From a virus (taxonomy: Duplodnaviria; Caudoviricetes), in the IMG/VR virus record IMGVR_UViG_3300048556_000258, positions 1 through 59,971 of that record: a DNA stretch of 59,971 nucleotides. One strand, 5' to 3'. The position numbers were made by a program, and so were the translations under genes. Under the pieces are notes generated by a model. The model made no database searches. It was not told the origin of the DNA and worked only from the letters and a program-made list of their open reading frames with translations. Numbering within the stretch: the stretch's first letter is position 1; each line of letters starts with the position of its first letter. This document shows, one piece after another, positions 1-6,326 of the stretch.

Positions 1-33
1 TAAAGTTTTTAAAATTTTATTTTCTTTATTCAT
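1..33 (-). CDS. 5' end (MNKENKILKTL) of the gene continuing at the right end of the window
   Basis: ATG at 33 preceded by GGAGG; frame joins NTLSPDFGQLRLTNTMLNKS at 59971 through the 11-nt terminal overlap. Confidence 0.65.
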   Translation of the reverse strand, partial: MNKENKILKTL

Positions 34-196
34 AATCACCCTCCAATTTTTTAAGTTCTGAGAATTGTGAAATACCAAAATCATATCCTTGTTTATAATA
101 GTGCATTTCTTTATGAAATTCAGCTCGATGTCCCTCTTGTAAAGCATCAGCAACTCCATCTTTAAAAGCTTTTAAAATTTTATCTACTTTATCCAT
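26..196 (-). CDS. Small hypothetical protein, 56 aa (paralog of 3267..3470)
   Basis: Hand-translated MDKVDKILKAFKDGVADALQEGHRAEFHKEMHYYKQGYDFGISQ...; AGGAGG upstream; coupled to neighbours. Confidence 0.75.
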   Translation of the reverse strand: MDKVDKILKAFKDGVADALQEGHRAEFHKEMHYYKQGYDFGISQFSELKKLEGDYE

Positions 197-419
197 CGTT
201 TGCCTCCTTATTTTCTATTTCTTGATTAATAAAATCTCGCAATTCAATTATTTGTTTTTTATTCCAAATATCCCTTACAAGATAATTAGTTCTCATAGTA
301 TTTTCTTCATGCTTTTCAATATTTAATAATGAATTATAGGAAATTTCTTCATGTTCCTTTTCATCATATTGAAAACCATTTCCCATTTCATCTTTAGTTT
401 TCCAATGTTTCATAATCAA
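189..419 (-). CDS. Hypothetical early protein
   Basis: ORF track, 76 aa, overlaps both neighbours, GGAGG upstream. Confidence 0.7.
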   Translation of the reverse strand: MIMKHWKTKDEMGNGFQYDEKEHEEISYNSLLNIEKHEENTMRTNYLVRDIWNKKQIIELRDFINQEIENKEANDG

Positions 420-658
420 TCCTCCACAACATGAACAGTATCTAATTTAAATTGAGCATCGCCAAAGACCCAGTCTTCTAACTTTTTATAATCTAAAGAA
501 GGTGTTGGATTTACTGTGGCATACAAATCGTTTTCAGTTTGGTGCATTAACTCTTTGGCCTTTTGTTCCGCCTCTTCCTGAGAATCCGCTTGAACCAAAA
601 AATTTCTATCAAACCAAATACAAACGTCATATTTAACGGTGTAATCTTTTTTACTCAT
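416..658 (-). CDS. Hypothetical early protein (VxAxSxEEA motif)
   Basis: 80 aa, GGAGG RBS; VQADSQEEAEQKA motif common in small phage proteins. Confidence 0.75.
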   Translation of the reverse strand: MSKKDYTVKYDVCIWFDRNFLVQADSQEEAEQKAKELMHQTENDLYATVNPTPSLDYKKLEDWVFGDAQFKLDTVHVVED

Positions 659-694
659 ATCTAGCCTCCAAGCTATTTGTTTAAGTTAAAAACA

Positions 695-723
695 ACGATA
701 TGCGATTTTCTCTATAAGATCAA
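695..723 (-). promoter_or_regulatory. Sigma70-like promoter with TATGCGA operator overlapping -10
   Basis: Minus strand TTGATC-17nt-TATCGT; TATGCGA at 699-705. Confidence 0.5.
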
Positions 724-1143
724 GTCAAAAGTTTTTTGCCAATCAAAAGGCTCAGGACAAAAGAAATGTGGTTCTAATTTTATTCCTTGTTCTTTCAACT
801 CTATGGCTTGGTTAGCCCTATAAAGGTGAAGGCCTTTAGTACTCTTAACTAATATCCAAACGGAAGCTTCTTTATGTAAAGTAATCCAACTTACTTGTTG
901 AGGGCTTAAATTAACTGCATTAAATTTTACATATTTCAATTCTACAAAATGAAATTTAAAATTATGATCACAGATAAGTAGGTCAGGAAGACCTAAAGTC
1001 ATCCAGTTCTCTATTCGGCTAAGTCTTAAAGGTTTATTGTAAAGTAGAGACGCTCTCTTTAGTTGCTCGTACAGACCCGATTCTTTTTTTGTCGGACTTC
1101 TCTTCTTCGTGTTCAATAACGTCTTCAGCGTATCTCGGTTCAT
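712..1143 (-). CDS. VRR-NUC / PD-(D/E)XK Holliday-junction-resolvase-like nuclease
   Basis: KES...RIEN...GLPDL...FVELK...LSPQQ motif pattern. Confidence 0.8.
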   Translation of the reverse strand: MNRDTLKTLLNTKKRSPTKKESGLYEQLKRASLLYNKPLRLSRIENWMTLGLPDLLICDHNFKFHFVELKYVKFNAVNLSPQQVSWITLHKEASVWILVKSTKGLHLYRANQAIELKEQGIKLEPHFFCPEPFDWQKTFDLIL

Positions 1144-1615
1144 TTTGTTTAAGTTCCTTCAAAGCTTTGAGAACTTCTTCTTTAGACATACTATCTATTG
1201 TGCCATGACGTATTTCAGATTTATTTATATAAATGTTACCATTAGCTTGGCCTCGTCTATATTCTGCCTGAACTGCGGCTGAGTATGCCCCGTTTTCTAT
1301 AGCCAAATCTCTTATTCTCTGTAAATCCCGTAAATGTCTTTTAAAGTTTATGCCATACTTTTCATCTAGCTCATCTCGATAAGCTTGAATGGCTCGGCAT
1401 ATATGAGGGCAAATTTCAGGGTTAGTCATTTCATAAGCTCTAGTATGAGCTGAAGAAGCTGGATAGCCCGCATTGATTGCGGCCTCTCTCAAAGTTATCA
1501 TTCCATCGTTAGATACAAGCTCTTTTACAAACTTCTCTTGTTTTCTTGTAAGCTTACTATGTAGGTCGGCTTTAGGTCTTCCACGACCTTTTTTCAAAGG
1601 CTTTAATTTATTCAT
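1034..1615 (-). CDS. terS: Terminase small subunit
   Basis: LTRKQEKFV...EAAINAGY...AHTRAYEM HTH N-terminus followed by oligomerisation helices. Confidence 0.8.
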   Translation of the reverse strand: MNKLKPLKKGRGRPKADLHSKLTRKQEKFVKELVSNDGMITLREAAINAGYPASSAHTRAYEMTNPEICPHICRAIQAYRDELDEKYGINFKRHLRDLQRIRDLAIENGAYSAAVQAEYRRGQANGNIYINKSEIRHGTIDSMSKEEVLKALKELKQNEPRYAEDVIEHEEEKSDKKRIGSVRATKESVSTLQ

Positions 1616-1867
1616 CCTTTATATATATACCAGAAAATATTTTTTTGCAAAAAACTTTTTCGGCCTTAGTAAAGCCAAAATCGATTTAATACTGTAAAGT
1701 TACATTTTTAAAATTAAATATGTAACCAAATATGTAACCATAAATTTGTTGTATATAAAGGGATACAGAGTGAAGTTACATAAGTTACACCAGTTACACC
1801 TATTTTTAATAAAAAATATTTTTTTTATTTTCAGCTCTATATATAAAGGGAAGTAATAAATGTAACT
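1616..1867. repeat. AT-rich iteron-like repeat cluster (origin or packaging-signal candidate)
   Basis: AGTTACA at 1698, 1774, 1783, 1792; tandem AAATATGTAACC at 1716 and 1728; TGTAACT at 1861; TATATAAAGG at 1752, 1840 and inverted at 1616. Confidence 0.7.
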
Positions 1868-2510
1868 ACTTTTCTTGTTTCGTTTTCCAAAAGTATTCAT
1901 CAGTATCACCAAGTCTCGTGTTATTACCATTCTCGACCTGATACTCAATAGTACTAACTTTAAAGTCTGGCATCTTTGGCTCGTGGGGCGTGAGACTATT
2001 GTCATAAACTCTCATCCGATTATTAGGATACAAACAGAACTGCCCATTATTGAGCTGAAGCAAATTAAAAGATTTATGCTCATCAGGTGTTTCAGCTGTA
2101 CTATAATCTATTGTATTAACATCTATGTGATAGTTATCTAGGGTAGCTATATAAGTACCTTTTTGTACGCCGTAGTCTCTTGTTAGGACTTCAAAGTCCA
2201 TTGACCCTATAAATTGCTTACAGATAGCTGTAACGCCGTAATCCATACAATTCCAGAACTGAAGATTATTGAGTGTCATATCGGGATCGGGAGCCGTGGG
2301 CCGTGCGACAAAAGCACTAATGGGTAGTTTATCGAACAAAGCCCCGTACTCAGGTAGGTATGTTTCAAAATAAAAGGCTCTTCCGGGGATAGATTTAGCT
2401 GATACCCAGATGCCTTCGACAAATTCGCCGTGACCATCTTGCAGATCACGGAGATATTCTTTTCGCACAAAGACTTTTTGTGCTGGTAGGTTACATATGA
2501 GTTCGGCCAT
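1866..2510 (-). CDS. Conserved marine phage protein of unknown function
   Basis: 214 aa; VRKEYL..GHGEF..GIWVSAKSIPGRAFYFETYLPEYGALFDKLPISAF recalled from marine phage proteins. Confidence 0.8.
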   Translation of the reverse strand: MAELICNLPAQKVFVRKEYLRDLQDGHGEFVEGIWVSAKSIPGRAFYFETYLPEYGALFDKLPISAFVARPTAPDPDMTLNNLQFWNCMDYGVTAICKQFIGSMDFEVLTRDYGVQKGTYIATLDNYHIDVNTIDYSTAETPDEHKSFNLLQLNNGQFCLYPNNRMRVYDNSLTPHEPKMPDFKVSTIEYQVENGNNTRLGDTDEYFWKTKQEK

Positions 2511-2824
2511 TAAAACAGTTCGCTGAGGGTTGTTTCGGTGGGGGCTGCATTAGATACACGTCGAACACGTCCATAATCTCTTTCGGCTTCGGCTCGTGGA
2601 TCGTCTTGTGTTGACCAATCATCGTCATCTACAAGATTGGCATTTCGTTTTTTAAGGTCTTCGGTTACATCACGAATAGCTTGACTACCTGAGGTTCGTG
2701 AGCCACGGCAATCGGGGCATAATTTTTGTCTATGCCTAATATGTTTTACTATTTTGAGTTTTTGTCCGCACTCTTTACAAGAGTTGAGGTCTTCACCTTT
2801 TTCATAAGCTTCTTTTTTATTCAT
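2510..2824 (-). CDS. Zn-ribbon-containing hypothetical protein
   Basis: CKEC...CPDC. Confidence 0.7.
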   Translation of the reverse strand: MNKKEAYEKGEDLNSCKECGQKLKIVKHIRHRQKLCPDCRGSRTSGSQAIRDVTEDLKKRNANLVDDDDWSTQDDPRAEAERDYGRVRRVSNAAPTETTLSELF

Positions 2825-2997
2825 CAGTACCCTCTTTTGATAACAATTAGGCTTTTTCTTAACAGCTCGGCGTTTTGCATATCGTTTTTTTTGCTGAGCC
2901 GTGAGACTTCTTCATTAACAAGCCCTTCCACTTCTAAGATAGCTTCAGCCCATAATGGCATTTCGTGGATATTAATCCAATCATTTTTTTGATTCAT
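2824..2997 (-). CDS. Small hypothetical protein, 57 aa
   Basis: Hand-translated MNQKNDWINIHEMPLWAEAILEVEGLVNEEV...KRGY; GAGGAG RBS; fills the gap exactly. Confidence 0.7.
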   Translation of the reverse strand: MNQKNDWINIHEMPLWAEAILEVEGLVNEEVSRLSKKNDMQNAELLRKSLIVIKRGY

Positions 2998-3270
2998 TTA
3001 GATCTCCTCTGTTTCTATATAATCTATGATTAATTCTATATTCTTGGCCATTTCCTGGCATCTTACGAGTGTTTGGACTTGTTCATCTTTAAGTCTTTTA
3101 CGGTTACGTCGTAGGGCGCTACCGTGGGCCACGACTTTTGCAAGACACCACCGTAACACTTTGATAGTCGTTTTTTCTTCGCGAGGCTTGATATCTTCAA
3201 AGAGATATATGAGCCGTGGGTCTTTCTTCAAGGTACGACTAAGTGTAACGATGGGATCTTCATCTTTCAT
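2998..3270 (-). CDS. Hypothetical protein
   Basis: 90 aa, AGGAG RBS, coupled to neighbours. Confidence 0.7.
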   Translation of the reverse strand: MKDEDPIVTLSRTLKKDPRLIYLFEDIKPREEKTTIKVLRWCLAKVVAHGSALRRNRKRLKDEQVQTLVRCQEMAKNIELIIDYIETEEI

Positions 3271-3470
3271 TTTATGCTCCTTATTTTAATATGAACTTTC
3301 ATTCCAAAATCAAATCCTCGTCTATAATAAGCGGAAGATTTTTTAGTTTCGTCCATATGTTGATATATAAGAGCGTCCTCAGCTCCTTCTTCAAAATGAA
3401 CGAGATAGTTTCTCCGCTTTTTTTCGGTTGGATTAACCACATGTTTAGAAATTTGGTTCATAAAAAACAC
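3267..3470 (-). CDS. Small hypothetical protein (paralog of 26..196)
   Basis: FEEGAEDAL...YYRRGFDFG aligns ungapped with FKDGVADAL...YYKQGYDFG. Confidence 0.7.
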   Translation of the reverse strand: MFFMNQISKHVVNPTEKKRRNYLVHFEEGAEDALIYQHMDETKKSSAYYRRGFDFGMKVHIKIRSIK

Positions 3471-3705
3471 CTTTATTTAAAAGTTTTTTCTTTTCTAAGG
3501 CCTGAAGTTGATAAACACGGGCTGCTTCCGGTTTATCCGCCCACTCATAATTATATTGAAGAGACCTAAGTCTTTTATATTCATTGTGGACATCGCTAAG
3601 TCTATCGTCTGAACATTCGCATTTTATAGAATCATCAGCCACCATGGCACTCCATTCATAACCACAGCGACTGCAAGTTGGACGACCTTTTATTTCTTTA
3701 ATCAT
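3445..3705 (-). CDS. Hypothetical protein with CxxC...CxC
   Basis: 86 aa, AGGAG RBS. Confidence 0.7.
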   Translation of the reverse strand: MIKEIKGRPTCSRCGYEWSAMVADDSIKCECSDDRLSDVHNEYKRLRSLQYNYEWADKPEAARVYQLQALEKKKLLNKGVFYEPNF

Positions 3706-3869
3706 TAGTCTTCTCCTTTTATGTTAAATTTATTAAATAAACTGTAACAAGCTCTGTCAAGAGCTTTGATATCCGCTAGCGAGACATCATTAAGATCTTT
3801 TATAGACAAAAGAGTACTATTTATAGCTTCGTAAGCTTCGTGAACCGCTTTTATTTGCTCGACAGTCAT
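3705..3869 (-). CDS. Small helical protein, 54 aa (paralog of 4002..4259)
   Basis: Hand-translated MTVEQIKAVHEAYEAINSTLLSIKDLNDVSLADIKALDRACYSLFNKFNIKGED. Confidence 0.7.
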   Translation of the reverse strand: MTVEQIKAVHEAYEAINSTLLSIKDLNDVSLADIKALDRACYSLFNKFNIKGED

Positions 3870-4009
3870 TCACCGTACTCCTCGGGACAACAATCCTCAC
3901 AAAATGTTTGATCATTATAAAAGAAAGCTACTTCGGCACAGGTCTTAGCCCCACAGTTTTCACATTCACGATCATAAACATAAGCCTCTTCGCAGCTAGA
4001 CCTACTCAT
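3866..4009 (-). CDS. Small Cys-rich (Zn-finger-like) protein, 47 aa
   Basis: Hand-translated MSRSSCEEAYVYDRECENCGAKTC...FCEDCCPEEYGE; overlaps both neighbours. Confidence 0.65.
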   Translation of the reverse strand: MSRSSCEEAYVYDRECENCGAKTCAEVAFFYNDQTFCEDCCPEEYGE

Positions 4010-4259
4010 AATAGTCCCCCGGATTTATCTCAAACTCATGTCTTATTTTCCACATAGCAGTATTCATATCCCGTATGTCAGATAAATAAATATCTTCCAT
4101 ATCTTGAATATTTCCTAGAACAGTTACTAAAGATTGATGAGCTAAGTTAAGAGCTTCTTTTTGTTCAGAAGACAAAGCCTTCAAGCCTTTTTTTCTATTA
4201 GTTTTAATCTTCTTTTGTTTTAATTGCCATTCTGTTTGTGTAGTCATTTTGACCTCCAA
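4002..4259 (-). CDS. Hypothetical early protein (likely start MTTQTEW)
   Basis: GGAGG RBS before the second Met; first gene after a promoter. Confidence 0.75.
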   Translation of the reverse strand: MEVKMTTQTEWQLKQKKIKTNRKKGLKALSSEQKEALNLAHQSLVTVLGNIQDMEDIYLSDIRDMNTAMWKIRHEFEINPGDYYE

Positions 4260-4279
4260 GTCATTTGTTGTTTTTATAA

Positions 4280-4308
4280 GATGTAAGATTTATCGCATAT
4301 CCTGTCAA
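4280..4308 (-). promoter_or_regulatory. Sigma70-like promoter with semi-palindromic operator in the spacer
   Basis: TTGACA-17nt-TACATC; plus strand TGTAAGA-TTTA-TCGCATA at 4282-4299. Confidence 0.6.
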
Positions 4309-4318
4309 GCACAAAAAT

Positions 4319-4573
4319 TTACATTTCCATTTTTGCATGGCAAATTTTACAAAGACACACGCATTTTTCTATTTCAGCGTTGATTTTGTCTATGTTTCGA
4401 TCTTCGCTAACAATTTGAGCTATACTTTTGTATTTTGTTTCGGGGACCGTGTGATGCCATTCTAAATTTATGGGTTTTGCATTATAGCCACACTTTTCAC
4501 AGCCACGTTCTATTTTACATTGATTGACATAATCTCTCAATCGAGCTCGAGAACGTGCCCATCGACTCTTCAT
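4319..4573 (-). CDS. HNH endonuclease-like protein
   Basis: CEKCGY...LEWHH...EIEKCVCLCKICH. Confidence 0.75.
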   Translation of the reverse strand: MKSRWARSRARLRDYVNQCKIERGCEKCGYNAKPINLEWHHTVPETKYKSIAQIVSEDRNIDKINAEIEKCVCLCKICHAKMEM

Positions 4574-4578
4574 TTAAC

Positions 4579-4607
4579 AAAAAACCCGTGAAGGATAGCT
4601 TCACGGG
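4579..4607 (-). terminator. Intrinsic terminator
   Basis: CCCGTGAAG-5nt-CTTCACGGG stem followed by a T-run on the minus strand. Confidence 0.7.
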
Positions 4608-4713
4608 CCTTTGTGTTTTGCAATTTAACCTCAATGAATAGGAGTACATTGAATCGTTTGCTTGAGTATCTCTCCAGAGCGCTATTAAACATTACTAAAA
4701 TAAACCTATATCG

Positions 4714-4905
4714 TCAATCCCATATATTAATATATTTATATTTTTTTAATTTTGCCCTTAAATTTTCGTTAGAACAGTTTTTGCAGAATATTTTTATAGC
4801 GACACGACTATCGCCTATAAATAACAGAACATTTTTAAAGTAGACGGTGCTTCTAGAGCTGTTATCCATATCAAGTGTAAGATCATCCGATTTAAATACC
4901 GTCAT
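4714..4905 (-). CDS. Hypothetical protein
   Basis: 63 aa; ATGA overlap with upstream stop; AAGGA RBS. Confidence 0.6.
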   Translation of the reverse strand: MTVFKSDDLTLDMDNSSRSTVYFKNVLLFIGDSRVAIKIFCKNCSNENLRAKLKKYKYINIWD

Positions 4906-5003
4906 TTTTCCTTAAAAGCTTGCTTAATCTCTTCAATGCTTCGGTTGCAGCCGATGCATATCTTTTTTTCATTTAATTTACAAACACCAATACATTTACT
5001 CAT
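4902..5003 (-). CDS. DUF1289-like small Cys-rich protein, 33 aa
   Basis: Hand-translated MSKCIGVCKLNEKKICIGCNRSIEEIKQAFKEK (CxxxC...CxGCxRxxEEI). Confidence 0.7.
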   Translation of the reverse strand: MSKCIGVCKLNEKKICIGCNRSIEEIKQAFKEK

Positions 5004-5755
5004 TTATTTTTAACCGCATTATTCAAAGAATTGACTACATCATCTATATTGGGCTCTTTTTGCCACGGATTATAGACACATTTGTATTGTTTCGGGCACC
5101 ATGACTCGATCATCAGCTCGTAGGTTTTGTTTCCGCCCTCATAAATACAAGCCATTTGACCTGATTTAGATTTTATACGCTTTGTCAGGCGGCACGTTGT
5201 ATATTTAACGGCTTTATTCTTGCCTTGGTTCAGGAGCTGCTTTTTTGTATAAGACTTTGACTTATATTCATAAGCGTGGGCTGTTTTAGACCATATAGAA
5301 GCGACCAGTAAAGCAAGTCCTCCAACAATACACGCTACAATTAGCCAAGCAACGCCCTCCCCTACCTGTCTTCTTAATTTTTGTTGTGCATAAATAGTTC
5401 TTTGTCGTTCTTTTCTAATTTTACCTTCCATAGCCAAGAGCTCTTCATAAGCCCCAGGTCCATGGGTAAGGTTTAGAAACATCTTGAGTTCGTACCTTTG
5501 TTCCTCAAGTTTCTTCTTGGCTGCATAAGCAGCGAGAGCTGCCTCCTCAATCGATCCAGCTTTAAACAATTTGCCAAACAGGGGAGGATTTTTCGCTTGT
5601 TTTTCAGCATTATCAACATCAGAGACAGCTCCCATCCAACGGCCGATGTCCCCTGACATTTGTTCAATGTCACGAGCTGCGGCAAAGCCAGCCTTAATGG
5701 CTTCAAAAGATTTCGTCGCGATTCCCATCGCAAGCGAGATAGTAACAGGGTCCAT
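5000..5755 (-). CDS. Conserved phage membrane protein with Cys-rich C-terminal extension
   Basis: MDPVT..A...F.AIK.G N-terminus; TM segment VAWLIVACIVGGLALLVASIW; four C-terminal Cys. Confidence 0.75.
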   Translation of the reverse strand: MDPVTISLAMGIATKSFEAIKAGFAAARDIEQMSGDIGRWMGAVSDVDNAEKQAKNPPLFGKLFKAGSIEEAALAAYAAKKKLEEQRYELKMFLNLTHGPGAYEELLAMEGKIRKERQRTIYAQQKLRRQVGEGVAWLIVACIVGGLALLVASIWSKTAHAYEYKSKSYTKKQLLNQGKNKAVKYTTCRLTKRIKSKSGQMACIYEGGNKTYELMIESWCPKQYKCVYNPWQKEPNIDDVVNSLNNAVKNK

Positions 5756-5849
5756 ACTTATTTATAACACGTTTTTAAAAAAAAGTGAAAGTCAAGACTA
5801 TTAATTTAAAAAAATATTTTATATGATGTTTGTTTCAGAGGAGAAATAT

Positions 5850-6074
5850 ATGATAAATTTACCAAACAGACGACCGTGCATTACCACGGACGTGGGAGAA
5901 GGTTTAGCTGTAACCGTCTCTTTTCATCCAGAAACAGCTATTCCAATAGAAGTTTTTTTATCCGGTAGAGGTAAAAAAGCATCTGATGGACCTATGACAG
6001 ATGCTTTGTATAACATGGGTGTAGAAGCGTCTAAATTAATGCAAAATAAAGATACTCAGGTCGCAGCTGAATGA
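5850..6074 (+). CDS. Stand-alone TSCPD-like domain (NrdJ C-terminal/NrdJb-like)
   Basis: LPNRRP...VTVSF...PIEVFL..GK...S pattern; GAGGAG RBS at 5838 supports ATG 5850. Confidence 0.6.
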   Translation: MINLPNRRPCITTDVGEGLAVTVSFHPETAIPIEVFLSGRGKKASDGPMTDALYNMGVEASKLMQNKDTQVAAE

Positions 6075-6265
6075 TCTTTGGCTTTTCTTAAAGTCATTTC
6101 GGCATCTACGAGCTCTTTTACTCTCTTTTGTTCCTCGGAAACATATTGAGAGTAAATGAATCGTAGTTGTCCACCTAAAGTTCGACCTTCTTTGGCAGCA
6201 GTTTTCTTAATTTCTAAGTAAACGTCTTTAGGAACTAAGATGCTTTTCCATTTTTCGGTATCCAT
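6056..6265 (-). CDS. Ribbon-helix-helix (Arc/CopG-like) DNA-binding protein
   Basis: MDTEKWKSILVPKDVYLEIKKTAAKEGRTLGGQLRFI; AAGGA RBS before ATG 6265. Confidence 0.7.
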   Translation of the reverse strand: MDTEKWKSILVPKDVYLEIKKTAAKEGRTLGGQLRFIYSQYVSEEQKRVKELVDAEMTLRKAKDHSAAT

Positions 6266-6266
6266 A

Positions 6267-6322
6267 TCGCATAAATCCTTCTGTTTTACGGGATTATATG
6301 CGAGAATATATAATTTAGTCAA
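6267..6322 (-). promoter_or_regulatory. Promoter of RHH gene with two operator half-sites
   Basis: TTGACT-18nt-TATAAT; TATGCGA 6297-6303 overlaps -10 and TCGCATA 6267-6273 lies between RBS and ATG. Confidence 0.65.
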
Positions 6323-6326
6323 TAAA

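Noticed and set aside
1700-2005. 101-aa minus-strand ORF and 1473..1697 plus-strand ORF
   Set aside because: They overlap a conserved gene, terS or the repeat array, and have low-complexity composition with no RBS
6266-6322. N-terminal extension of the RHH ORF as given in the track
   Set aside because: It covers the promoter and operator; the RBS supports ATG 6265
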